Origin: an uncultured Desulfobacter sp.
Lineage (GTDB): Bacteria; Desulfobacterota; Desulfobacteria; Desulfobacterales; Desulfobacteraceae
Assembly (NCBI GenBank): GCA_963665095.1
Contig: OY762069.1
Span: 1,728,001 to 1,792,000, forward strand
Direction of reading: 5' to 3'
Length of the DNA: 64,000 bases
This document shows, one piece after another, positions 20,958-30,642 of this stretch. The notes under the pieces were generated by a model that was not told where the DNA came from, searched no databases, and saw only the letters and a list, made by a program, of their open reading frames with translations. Within the stretch, counting starts at the first letter, position 1, and the number at the start of each line of letters is the position of its first letter. Both the position numbers and the translations under genes were made by a program.

Positions 20958-21838
20958 AACGAATTATACTTTTATCCGGCACAATTTTAATAGCCATCGC
21001 ACTTTACGGCTCACTGTTCACCGTAAAGGAACAGGAAGATGTCATCATCACGCGATTTGGCAAACCCATGAGAACCATCTCAACCGCAGGCATTTATTTT
21101 AAACTGCCTGGATTCCTGGAAACTGTAAACCGGTTTGACAAACGCATCGACATGTTTGAGACCCGGCCTACCCAGATGCTGTTGGGCGATAAAAAACCTA
21201 TTATCATCAGCTGTTTTGTCGCCTGGAACATCCATGATCCCCTGCTCTTTTTTCAATCCCTGGGCAACGGGCAGAATGCAGTGCTGAAACTCAATGATAT
21301 GGTCAACTCCCGTTTAAGCATTGTTCTTGCCGAATATGCAGATGAAAATATTATAAATATTGACCATTCCCGAATACGGTTAGGGGAAATTCAGCAGCAG
21401 GTCATGCATGATACCAATGAAAATGCCCAGAACAAATACGGTGTCTCTGTCCTTGATGTGGGTATTCAGCGCCTGGCCTACCCTGCCGTAGTTATCAAAG
21501 CTGTTTACGAACGTATGAAATCGGAACGGCAAAAGGAAGCTGACAAAATAACCGCCGAAGGCAAGGAGGAAGCCAACAAAATCATAACCCAGGCGGATAA
21601 GGAGGCCAGGGAACTCAGGGCAGCCGCCCAGAAAAAGGCATTAATAATCAAGGGGGAAGGCGACCGCAACGCCATGGAAATTTACGCCAAAGCCTATGGC
21701 AAAGATGAGGAATTCTTTGATTTTCTTAAATCCCTGGAAACATACAGCAGTGCGTTAAAAGACGACACTACCCTGATTCTGTCCACCCAGTGTGAGTTAT
21801 TCAAATATCTGCAGATGCATAAAGGGGATGGCAAGTGA
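20954..21838 (+). CDS. hflC: HflC-like SPFH domain protein
   Basis: N-terminal TM, IITRFGKP, DKK, VYERMKSER, YAKAYGKDEEFFDFLKSLETY; ATGA overlap with upstream gene. Confidence 0.85.
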   Translation: MKRIILLSGTILIAIALYGSLFTVKEQEDVIITRFGKPMRTISTAGIYFKLPGFLETVNRFDKRIDMFETRPTQMLLGDKKPIIISCFVAWNIHDPLLFFQSLGNGQNAVLKLNDMVNSRLSIVLAEYADENIINIDHSRIRLGEIQQQVMHDTNENAQNKYGVSVLDVGIQRLAYPAVVIKAVYERMKSERQKEADKITAEGKEEANKIITQADKEARELRAAAQKKALIIKGEGDRNAMEIYAKAYGKDEEFFDFLKSLETYSSALKDDTTLILSTQCELFKYLQMHKGDGK

Positions 21839-22815
21839 CCGACAAAAGCAGAATTAAAAGGGCACTGGGGGTCTCTTTACATCAGTTGATGCACCACTAC
21901 CTGAAATGGCTGTTGCTTTTTTTCTCATGCCTTTACCTGGCCACAGGTATTTATAATATTGAGCGCGACCAGGTGGGCGTGCTGACGCGATTCGGGGCGG
22001 TCACAGCGCCCAGGATCCAACCGGGGCTTCACTACAAACTGCCCTGGCCCGTGGACCAGATCCATAAAATTGCCTTAAAACAGGTAAAGACACTGGTCAT
22101 TAATGATTTCACCCTAAAATATGCAACAGATGAAAGCGGCCGGGCCTATAAATTTCACAAGGCCACCTTTCTGGACCCCTATTGCATTACAGGGGACAAT
22201 AATATTGTTTCCTGTACGTTAACGCTGAAGTACACCATTAGTGATCCTGTCTCCTATTTGTTCAAAAACAGACAAAGCCAGGCATTTGTTCATCGGGCAG
22301 CGGCCTCCTGTGTTGTTCACCAGCTGGCACAGCTAAATGTTGATGATGTTTTAACAACCGGGAAAAAAGCAATAGAGTTTCAGCTTAAACAGGCCATAAA
22401 TAAAAAAATAGAGGCGTTGAAAACCGGCATCACCATCTCGTTTCTGGAAATTGAGGAGATCAGTCCCCCGTCCAAGGTTCAGGATGCCTTTAATAAGCTG
22501 ATCAATGCCAAAGTCCAGAAAAAGAAAATGATAAACCAGGCCCAGGGGTACCGTAACCGGACGTTCCCGGAAGCCAGGATGCTGGCCGATAAAATCATTC
22601 AGGAGGCAACTGCATATAAAAAAGAAAAAATGCTGCACGCCGAAGGTGAAGCGGCAAGCTTTCTTGACCGCCTGGCCGGCTATCAGACAAACCCTGTAGT
22701 CAACCGCAGAAAAATCTATCTTGATTTTATTAAGACACTTTACCCCGCTTTAAAAGAGATTCGCGTGGTGGATTCGGCAGAAGGCAAAACAAGCACCATT
22801 ATCCCCATTCAGTAA
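21835..22815 (+). CDS. hflK: HflK-like SPFH domain protein
   Basis: TRFG...PGLHYKLPWPVD, ITGDNNIV, PPSKVQDAF, AEGEA; GTGA overlap with upstream gene. Confidence 0.82.
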   Translation: MTDKSRIKRALGVSLHQLMHHYLKWLLLFFSCLYLATGIYNIERDQVGVLTRFGAVTAPRIQPGLHYKLPWPVDQIHKIALKQVKTLVINDFTLKYATDESGRAYKFHKATFLDPYCITGDNNIVSCTLTLKYTISDPVSYLFKNRQSQAFVHRAAASCVVHQLAQLNVDDVLTTGKKAIEFQLKQAINKKIEALKTGITISFLEIEEISPPSKVQDAFNKLINAKVQKKKMINQAQGYRNRTFPEARMLADKIIQEATAYKKEKMLHAEGEAASFLDRLAGYQTNPVVNRRKIYLDFIKTLYPALKEIRVVDSAEGKTSTIIPIQ

Positions 22816-22888
22816 CCACAGCTTTTATGTACCAACGTATGGCAATCCACCGGAAACTCTATTCACAATAGCATCGGAACTTCCCCCT

Positions 22889-23003
22889 TGTTTGGCCGAA
22901 AGCTGCCCATATGCACAAATAATTTGCAGCCGGAAAAGCCTCGCGGTTGTGAGATTGCAAATTATTCTGTAACGCAGCAGATGGGTGACTTTAGGTCCAA
23001 ACA
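22889..23003. repeat. ~115-bp imperfect palindromic intergenic element (REP/MITE-like)
   Basis: Arms TGTTTGGCCGAAAGCTGCCCATATGCACAAATAATTTGCA and TGCAAATTATTCTGTAACGCAGCAGATGGGTGACTTTAGGTCCAAACA are near reverse complements; lies between convergent genes. Confidence 0.7.
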
Positions 23004-24410
23004 CTAAATAAAAATCACCGTTCCAAGGAGAATCACCCCCAGATAGAGTGCGCCGAAGATAAGGCCCAGCCCCCACCAGCGGGCCTGCGGGATGTAACCG
23101 GCCCCGTACCACATGGGAGAGGGGCCTGTGGCATAGGGGGTGATGATGCCCATGACACCTAGGCTACCTGCAAGAAGGATGGCAAAGGGCATCAGGTGTT
23201 CTGCCGGCATCAGCTTTGAGGCAATGGCCATGAAAATGGGCATCAATGCCGTGGTGTGAGCTGTGGTGGAGGCAAAAAAGTAGTGCAGCAGAAAAAACAT
23301 CACCAGCATGGCAATGATCAGCATGGCAGGCGTCAGGGAGGCAAGATAGATCTGGGTATTTTCCCCGATCCACTCCAGTATGCCCACCTCTTTAAGGCCG
23401 GATGCCATGGCCACAAGTGTTGCAAACCAGATCAGCACATTAAAGGCCGCCTTGTTTGAAATGACATCATCCCAGGAGATCACGTTGCACAGCGCCATGA
23501 CCGATACAATGGCAATGGCTGCCGTGGTGGCATCAATGCCGAACTTTGCACCAAATATCCATAAGATCAGGGCTGCCAGGGCAAAAAGACCCATCAGGAT
23601 CTCCTTATGTGTCACACCGCCGAGTTTTTCCAGCTCCTTTGCCGCCCAGGCCGGCGCTTCAGGGGATTTCTTCTGGGTGGGGGGATAAAGCAGGTACCCC
23701 AGCCAGGGTGTTATCAGAAACAACGGGATCATCAGCGGCATCATAATGGATGCCCAGGCTGTCCAGGAAATGGTATGTCCCGTACTTTGAGAAATCATGT
23801 CAACGGCAAGAAGATTCGGGGCCAAGGCCGTCATGAACATGGAACTTGTCACGCAGGTGGCTGAGATGGCCACCCAGCAGATATAGGCCCCAAGTTTTCG
23901 GGGCTCGTTCTCAGGGGTGGAGTTAAAAACCAGGGGGATGTTGGATGCCACCGGATATATGGTGCCGGCGCTTCTGGCCGTATTTGAGGGCATAAAGGGT
24001 GCCAGGATCAGGTCCGAAAGTGCCACGGCATAGCCCAGCCCTAAGGAGTGTTTTCCCATATACTTGATCATGATCAGTGAAATCCGCTTACCCAGCCCTG
24101 TTCTTTTATAGCCCAATGCAAACATGAAGGCGGCAAATATAAGCCAGATCACAGAATTTGAAAAGCCCGAAAGTGCCCAGGTAATGCTCTGTTTTGGCGA
24201 TCCCATCACCCCCAGTACCGCCACAAGGGAAATCCCTGCAAATCCCACAAGGGCGGCAGGTACCGGCTCCACAATCAGCCCAACCACCACAGCCATGAAC
24301 ACTGCCATAAAATGCCACGCCTGTGCCGAAAGGCCCTGGGGTGCTGGAATAATCCAGAACACCAGTAACACGGCGACTGGAATAATCATTTTAACTTTTT
24401 GTGCCGTCAT
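23004..24410 (-). CDS. DASS family anion/dicarboxylate transporter (CitT/TtdT-like)
   Basis: WLIFAAF, TGLGKRI, PSNTARSAG, TSSMFMTALAPN, HYFFASTTAH, TPYATGP motifs. Confidence 0.92.
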   Translation of the reverse strand: MTAQKVKMIIPVAVLLVFWIIPAPQGLSAQAWHFMAVFMAVVVGLIVEPVPAALVGFAGISLVAVLGVMGSPKQSITWALSGFSNSVIWLIFAAFMFALGYKRTGLGKRISLIMIKYMGKHSLGLGYAVALSDLILAPFMPSNTARSAGTIYPVASNIPLVFNSTPENEPRKLGAYICWVAISATCVTSSMFMTALAPNLLAVDMISQSTGHTISWTAWASIMMPLMIPLFLITPWLGYLLYPPTQKKSPEAPAWAAKELEKLGGVTHKEILMGLFALAALILWIFGAKFGIDATTAAIAIVSVMALCNVISWDDVISNKAAFNVLIWFATLVAMASGLKEVGILEWIGENTQIYLASLTPAMLIIAMLVMFFLLHYFFASTTAHTTALMPIFMAIASKLMPAEHLMPFAILLAGSLGVMGIITPYATGPSPMWYGAGYIPQARWWGLGLIFGALYLGVILLGTVIFI

Positions 24411-24624
24411 ACCATCTCCTTTCTAACAATCAACTTGGGGACAAATGTATCAGTCATAGAATATCAACAGCCTTCTGTTATGACGTCCCATTCATATCAC
24501 ACAAAAATTAAAATTTCATTTCGTACCATTAAAAAATCGTCCTAAAGTTCAACCCTTGCCGATAAAAGGTAAAACAAACTCATTATACTTTAACTACTTT
24601 TAAGTATATAGCTAACTTTTTTAA

Positions 24625-24653
24625 TTGACATAACTATAGTCTGTTAATATAAG
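24625..24653 (+). promoter_or_regulatory. Sigma-70-like promoter for the TonB receptor operon
   Basis: TTGACA-17 bp-TATAAG in AT-rich intergenic DNA. Confidence 0.55.
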
Positions 24654-24770
24654 AATATGGATTTTAGACAAAAGCCGCGATGGAGCTATATTTCTGGCTC
24701 ATAATAGCCAAATCAAATATGAAGCGATGTTATTATTTTTGATTGTCTTTTTAAAATAAAAGGAGAAAAA

Positions 24771-26651
24771 ATGAAAAAACTTATGCAGGTCATAGGGGCA
24801 GTTTGTCTGCTATTTCCACTGACGCTCAGGGCAGAGGTCAGCGTCGGCCCCACAGTGGTGACAGCCACCCTGTCGGAAAAATCACTTGAAGAGGCCCCGG
24901 GCTCGGTGGAGGTGATCACGGCCCTGGATATTGAACAGATGGGGGCAACCACCTTGAACGAAGCACTGGAACAGGCTGTCGGCCTTGTGGTGGCATCGGA
25001 TTCAGGGCGGGCACAGGTTGCCAATATCAGGGGCACCGGAAACAAAAGAAGCCTGATACTCATTGACGGCAGGCGCATGGCTGCCGGATACAAGGATTTT
25101 ACCGGGACGGAACAGATCCCGGTTGACATGATCCAGCGCATTGAAATTGTGCGGGGGCCGGGGTCTGCCATTTACGGCAGTGATGCCATTGGCGGTGTGG
25201 TGAACATTATCACGAAAACTGCGCCAGATGAAACAGCCGGCGGTGTAACCGTCCGGTACTCAAGCCACCTGGATAAGGATTCGGACGGCGGCATGGGCTC
25301 AGCCTGGGTGGGCTCCAAAATTGGAAAAACCCGGTATATTCTGTCCGGCTCCGCCCAGAGCAGCTCAGGATGGGACGCGGACGGGGAAACTCCGGACGAC
25401 GGCGATTCCAAAGATCTGAATGCGGCTGCCGGAAGGATTTCCCATGAATTGACAGATGCCTCAACCTTAAGTGCCGGCTTTGAATATTCAAACCTGGAAC
25501 AGCAGGGGGAACGCTATTACCAGAGTCAGAGCCGGGAGCGCAGCGCGGAAGATGAGCGTCTCAACTACTTTCTCCAGTACGATAATAAAATAAACCGGGA
25601 CGGAGTTCTCCTGGTCCGGGCCTACCGGTCCGAGCATCAGGATGAAATCGGGTTTACCCCCGCCGCTTCCACCACCGGCGAAGAGGATGCTGACCGCTGG
25701 CTGAACCAGGTTGAGGCAAGGTATACCGGCCCTGTGATGAACACCCATCTTTTGTCCGTCGGGGCCGAGTTCCGCCAGGAAGGCCGGGAGGACTGCACAG
25801 GTGGTGACGATGACCTGGACAACACCAGTTTATTTATCCAGGATGAATTCCAGATTTTCTCTCCTGTGTATATGACTGCCGGGCTGCGCTATGACAACCA
25901 TTCCGAATTCGGAGGCCAGTTTTCCCCCAAAGCATCCCTGATATACAGCATTTTGGACGAATTAAAACTCAAAGCGTCCATCGGCAAAGGGTTCCGCGCC
26001 CCGTCCATTTCAGAACTGTTTGTGATTTCTTACCGCAGCAAAGGCAAATATGTCTACAATCCCAATCCGGATCTTGAACCGGAGGAGTCCCTTTCCTATG
26101 AAATCGGTATTGAAGGGGGCACACAATCGTTTTCCGGCGGTCTCACCGCCTTTAGAAATGACATTGACAACCTGATTGATGCCGAGTTCATTAATGCCAC
26201 TGGGTCAGGAAAAAACAAAATCTCCTATTACCAGTACCGCAATATTTCCGAAGCCAGAACTCAAGGGCTGGAAGCCAGGGCAGACGTTGCCCTGCCCCTG
26301 CATCTGAAGGCCGCAGCCAGTGTGACCTGGCTGGACACTGAAAACAGGGAAACCGGAGAAGAGCTGGAAGGCAATCCGGATATCAAGGGCGTATTCAGCA
26401 TTACCTATTATCATCCGGAGTATAAATTTCGCGCTGGCACCCGGATCAATTATACGGGTGAGCAGTACATGTCCGATGCCGAAGATAAAAGTGACTATGT
26501 AACGGTCAACCTCTATCTGTCCAAGGATTTTTCAAACCAGATCCAGGTATTTGCCGGCATTGATAATCTTTTTGATGAAGAGAAGGCCTATGACGGTGTT
26601 ACCTATGTGGAGCCGGCCACAGCCTACGCCGGATTCAGTATTCAATTTTAG
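24771..26651 (+). CDS. TonB-dependent outer-membrane receptor (CirA/BtuB-like)
   Basis: Signal peptide, TonB-box-like TVVTAT, LILIDG, IQRIEIVRGPGSAIYGSDAIGGVVNIITK, NPDLEPE, terminal F. Confidence 0.93.
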   Translation: MKKLMQVIGAVCLLFPLTLRAEVSVGPTVVTATLSEKSLEEAPGSVEVITALDIEQMGATTLNEALEQAVGLVVASDSGRAQVANIRGTGNKRSLILIDGRRMAAGYKDFTGTEQIPVDMIQRIEIVRGPGSAIYGSDAIGGVVNIITKTAPDETAGGVTVRYSSHLDKDSDGGMGSAWVGSKIGKTRYILSGSAQSSSGWDADGETPDDGDSKDLNAAAGRISHELTDASTLSAGFEYSNLEQQGERYYQSQSRERSAEDERLNYFLQYDNKINRDGVLLVRAYRSEHQDEIGFTPAASTTGEEDADRWLNQVEARYTGPVMNTHLLSVGAEFRQEGREDCTGGDDDLDNTSLFIQDEFQIFSPVYMTAGLRYDNHSEFGGQFSPKASLIYSILDELKLKASIGKGFRAPSISELFVISYRSKGKYVYNPNPDLEPEESLSYEIGIEGGTQSFSGGLTAFRNDIDNLIDAEFINATGSGKNKISYYQYRNISEARTQGLEARADVALPLHLKAAASVTWLDTENRETGEELEGNPDIKGVFSITYYHPEYKFRAGTRINYTGEQYMSDAEDKSDYVTVNLYLSKDFSNQIQVFAGIDNLFDEEKAYDGVTYVEPATAYAGFSIQF

Positions 26652-26746
26652 TTGATACCCATCCGGAAGATCCGGAAAAAAGATATGAATCGTAAGCCGG
26701 CCGCCTGCCTGGACTGAATTAAACTTAGATTAAGGAGATAAAAAGT

Positions 26747-28249
26747 ATGCCGGAAAAAATGGCTAAAATGTTTATTCTTACCTCATTGCTGTTTCTTTTG
26801 ATCGGCTGTATTGAGGGCCTGATGTTTCCTTTAAAATTTTACTTTAAACCGGTGGCACAATCCCTGTTCCACATACCGCCGGACCAGATAAAAGCATTTT
26901 TCGGGTATTTTGTGACCAAAATCCACACCCACGTCAACCTTATCGGCTGGGTGAGTTCCGCACTCATGGGAACCCTTTATTATCTGGCCCCGAAAATCAG
27001 CGGCCGGCAGAGATATCTTGCCTGGGCGGCCTGGGGCAACTGGGGATGCCACAGTGCCGGGGTCCTGCTTGTGGCCGCAGGATTTCATATTATCGGCATT
27101 CTGGGGCTGACATCAGGGTTTGATCCCGGTTCCGTGGAATTCAGGGCTGCCGCTGTTCCGGGCAAGCAGCTGGTGGTCGCCGGCGGTGTTTTGATTATGC
27201 TGTCCATCCTGCTCTTCAGCCTGAACATGCTCAAAACCCTGCTGGTAAAAAAAGAGAGGCAGCAATCAACTGAGCCCGGGAATCTGTCGCTGCATAAAAA
27301 AATCGCCACCGCCACAGTCATTATCGCCGCAGGTATTTTCATCATCAATACCACCCCATGCAAGGCGTCCCCCCAGGCAGTCCTGGAAAAGGCAGATGTA
27401 ATCATCATCGGGGACCGGCTTGTGGATATTTCCTACAACCTGGGCGTGTTGCCTAAAGCCATGTCCGTCCGCTGTTCGCTGTGGCCGCTATGCGACACGT
27501 TAAAAACATCCACCCAGGTGCTGGGCTGCCCCAACTGCCTTAAAAAGAAAAAGGCCGGGCCCCTGATTCAATTTGCAAAAAAACACCAGATAAAAAAAGT
27601 AATCATTGAAAAGGGAAATCCCTTCTGTTGCCTGGTGCCGGAACTGCACCCGGAAGAGATGGCAGACATGCTCGAACAACAGGGATTATCAGTAACGGTT
27701 GTGGAATATTCCGGGAATCTGGGCCACACGGTAAACCAGATGGCAGTCCTGTTAGGAAAAGCAGATAAGGCAAAAGCCCTGCTTGACACCTATGAAAAAG
27801 AACTGACCAGGGTCATGGAAACGGTGAGCAAAAAAACCTTTGCCCAACGGGTGGTCATTCTTAACGGCGTATTCCAGGCAGCCTCCGGAAAATCCTTTTT
27901 ACGGGTGGAAAGCCCGGGCGGATATGCCGATAAGTTCCTGTTGTCTGTTTTAAAAAGCGTTAATGTGGGCAATGAGATGGTCACTGCCGGTACAAAACCG
28001 GCAAAGGGGCACTTTACCATCCGCAAACTCAATAAACTTCTAACAGCGGCTCCGGATGCCATCATCATCACCGGTGACGGATTTGCCGTTCAAAAAGCCC
28101 TGGACCGCGCCCTTGCCGACAACCCGGAACTGGCTAAGGTACCGGCCCTGAAAAACCAGGCTGTCTATAATCTGCCCGGTTTTGTCCAGTCCAGCCTGAT
28201 TGAATATCCGGCCATTCTATCGCAATGGGCCTTTGTGCTTGAACGCTGA
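26747..28249 (+). CDS. Fusion of a CcoN/COX1-like His-containing membrane domain and a helical-backbone metal/siderophore-binding protein
   Basis: Four TMs with KIHTHVNLIGW; internal hydrophobic segment; C-terminal PDAIIITG...VPALKNQAVY (type III SBP); Cys-rich. Confidence 0.6.
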   Translation: MPEKMAKMFILTSLLFLLIGCIEGLMFPLKFYFKPVAQSLFHIPPDQIKAFFGYFVTKIHTHVNLIGWVSSALMGTLYYLAPKISGRQRYLAWAAWGNWGCHSAGVLLVAAGFHIIGILGLTSGFDPGSVEFRAAAVPGKQLVVAGGVLIMLSILLFSLNMLKTLLVKKERQQSTEPGNLSLHKKIATATVIIAAGIFIINTTPCKASPQAVLEKADVIIIGDRLVDISYNLGVLPKAMSVRCSLWPLCDTLKTSTQVLGCPNCLKKKKAGPLIQFAKKHQIKKVIIEKGNPFCCLVPELHPEEMADMLEQQGLSVTVVEYSGNLGHTVNQMAVLLGKADKAKALLDTYEKELTRVMETVSKKTFAQRVVILNGVFQAASGKSFLRVESPGGYADKFLLSVLKSVNVGNEMVTAGTKPAKGHFTIRKLNKLLTAAPDAIIITGDGFAVQKALDRALADNPELAKVPALKNQAVYNLPGFVQSSLIEYPAILSQWAFVLER

Positions 28250-28301
28250 TCAAGCCTATGAATTTCTCAGAATGTGAAACAGAACACGCACATGCGTGTA
28301 C

Positions 28302-28333
28302 GCCGGCAGGACAGTTCCCGTTATCCTGCCGGC
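28302..28333. terminator. GC-rich hairpin between convergent genes (possible terminator)
   Basis: GCCGGCAGGA-N12-TCCTGCCGGC; no clear U-tract. Confidence 0.4.
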
Positions 28334-28394
28334 ACCACCTTTACCCGGGTTGCTCTGTTCAGCCCGGGACTACAGCCGGATAAAGGGAACCAAA

Positions 28395-29237
28395 TCAGAT
28401 TTTCGGACTGTAATGGCGTTTAAGCCAGGAGCCTAAACCGTCAAGTCCGGGAAAAAGCACCCGTTCCGTAATATTGCATAAGTCCAGTTTGTCCCGGCAT
28501 TCCCATTTAAGTTCAGCCGGAATGATGATCCGCTGGAAAAGGTCCGGGTGAAGGTTGAGCCAGTCATCAATAATGCGGGCCGGGTTGGGCATTACTGAAA
28601 AAAGGGCATACTGGTTGACAATGCGTTCATCAATGGAGGGCGGTTCAAAAAAGAGCAGAAACTCATCCGGTGCGCCTAAGGCATCAAACTGGGTTAAAGT
28701 TTCCACATACCGGTGAAAGGTCTGGTCCCCGGCCCGGCACTCCTGACCCTCCTGCCCCATGCTGGTGAGCAGCTCCACCGTAAAGGCCTGGGCCCCTTCG
28801 GCGGCGAGCTGCTCTTTGAGCTCCGCCGGCAGCCGGTCATGGACCTGCTCATAATCCACGCGCCAGATCACCCCGTCAAGGTCAAACCGTTCAATATTGG
28901 CCAGGGCAAAATGCAGGGCAATATAGGGGGAATAGGTCCAGTCCATGAGCCGGGTAGGCAGCCCGTGGTGCTGGGCCACAGCCAGCAGGTGCCAGAAGGA
29001 GTCCGGGTCTTCCCCGCCCTGGGCCCGGGAATATTTTCGGAAGTTGCGCAGCAGATGCTTTTCAAGCTGCCAGTAAGGTCCGCCTAAACGCATCAAAGAA
29101 GTTTCAAGGCGATATGCGGCATCAGACAGCCCCCTGTAAACAAAAGGGGGCCGGTACCGCCGGATGGCATCGTTCCAGGATCCTTTAAACAATTCCTCCT
29201 GGAGCATTCCCCAGGACTTGGCAATGATGTCCGGCAT
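28395..29237 (-). CDS. FRG domain protein
   Basis: VYRG, LAVAQHHGLPTRLMDWT..PYIALHFA, RIVNQ..LF, LFPGLDG. Confidence 0.88.
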   Translation of the reverse strand: MPDIIAKSWGMLQEELFKGSWNDAIRRYRPPFVYRGLSDAAYRLETSLMRLGGPYWQLEKHLLRNFRKYSRAQGGEDPDSFWHLLAVAQHHGLPTRLMDWTYSPYIALHFALANIERFDLDGVIWRVDYEQVHDRLPAELKEQLAAEGAQAFTVELLTSMGQEGQECRAGDQTFHRYVETLTQFDALGAPDEFLLFFEPPSIDERIVNQYALFSVMPNPARIIDDWLNLHPDLFQRIIIPAELKWECRDKLDLCNITERVLFPGLDGLGSWLKRHYSPKI

Positions 29238-29615
29238 AATCTTTCCCCTTTCCGGGCAGCCCCGTTCATCTGATTTTTCCGGCAACCGGAACTAACTGCG
29301 CATGGAAATTCATAATATTAAATCCTTAAGGTATATTGGATTTGATTAAATAATGATACGGTAAAAAATGCAATAGTTCGAATTCAAGGGAAGTCACGGT
29401 GTATCTAAAACCGCTCTTTAAAGTTCGGGTACAGCCACAGGATATTTTCATTTTCATCATAAATCAGTCTGCGGGCTTTGAAGCGCTGGGTAATAAAATA
29501 AATTTCCATTGAAATATTTTATGTGTGCCTTTGGTTAAAATTGAAATTTCACTTGAATTTAAACAAAAATTCCATTTTAAGATAGCTTCAGTGAAAACAA
29601 ACAAAAGGCGGGCAA

Positions 29616-29804
29616 ATGGCACACAACTGTGAGAAATGTAAATTCAGGGCAAAATACGACCAGAATCCAACCTCTTTTTTAGGCAAACTGTGGAGATGGC
29701 ATACAAACTGGTGTCCGGGTTGGAAGGGCTATATCACATCACTGCCGGATGAGGAACGGGCCAGCATCGCAAAGATGTATAAAATGGAAAAATTTCAACG
29801 GTAG
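29616..29804 (+). CDS. Small Cys/Trp-rich hypothetical protein (62 aa)
   Basis: CEKC...WRWHTNWCPGW; purine-rich RBS-like sequence upstream; fills the intergenic gap. Confidence 0.7.
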   Translation: MAHNCEKCKFRAKYDQNPTSFLGKLWRWHTNWCPGWKGYITSLPDEERASIAKMYKMEKFQR

Positions 29805-29856
29805 CCGGACGAGATTCTTCTCTGGCGGCAATGCGATTAGATTCATCAACGTGTTT

Positions 29857-30642
29857 TTATTCTTTGATGGAGCGGTTCAGCTTTCGGACGAACTCAACCG
29901 GCACGGCATAGGTGAGGCCGGACGGGTCTTTAAGGACATGTTCTTTCTTGCCTTTGATAAATACTTTATTAATCACCCCCACCACTTCCCCTGTGGCAAT
30001 TCGGTATACCGGGCTGCCGCTGTTGCCCGGAAATGCCACAGCATCAATCTGAATGATATCCCAGGGGGATTCCAGGTGTTTGATTAACTCTCCTTTGATC
30101 AGGCTTGCATGGGGGCTTGGCAGGATCACCGGTGTGATGGCGGACACAATGCCTGTGTGGGTGGTTGAATTCAAGCCCAGGACAAATCCGATGGGGTATC
30201 CTGTAAAGGCAACATGATGGCCTTCTTTGAGCATGCCGTCTTCCGCCAGGGGCAACGGTGCGACCCGGGCCTCCATGATAAGTATGGCCAGGTCATGGAA
30301 GGGGTCCTCGGCAGCCAGGACCGCCTTCACCCCTTTGGGCGGCAGGTCTTTGTGAAAAATGCGCAGGTGGAACATGCGGTCTTTATCCAGAATACTCTGG
30401 ATAACATGCTGATTCGTGACGATCCTTTTCCCGTCTCCAATGGCAAAGCCGGTGCCGCTGAATTGGGGCATTGGGATGTCGTTATAGTAATAGGTGCCCA
30501 CTGATACCGTGGAGGCCTTTACGTTTGACACCAGGGCCGCCATGTATGCATCCTGGTCCTGAAACAAGGCGTTTTCCCCGGCAGTTACCTGAGGTACGGA
30601 TAAAAGAATCAGAATCGCAGATATCGCTGGTAAGACTTTCAT
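29857..30642 (-). CDS. Exported trypsin-like serine protease (S1)
   Basis: Signal peptide, GTGF, VTNQHV, HDLAIL, PGNSGSP catalytic triad motifs. Confidence 0.9.
   Translation of the reverse strand: MKVLPAISAILILLSVPQVTAGENALFQDQDAYMAALVSNVKASTVSVGTYYYNDIPMPQFSGTGFAIGDGKRIVTNQHVIQSILDKDRMFHLRIFHKDLPPKGVKAVLAAEDPFHDLAILIMEARVAPLPLAEDGMLKEGHHVAFTGYPIGFVLGLNSTTHTGIVSAITPVILPSPHASLIKGELIKHLESPWDIIQIDAVAFPGNSGSPVYRIATGEVVGVINKVFIKGKKEHVLKDPSGLTYAVPVEFVRKLNRSIKE

Noticed and set aside
24411..24770. Cobalamin riboswitch upstream of the BtuB/CirA-like receptor
   Set aside because: Region is short and AT-rich, with no B12-box or GGGAA/GCCACTG core motifs visible
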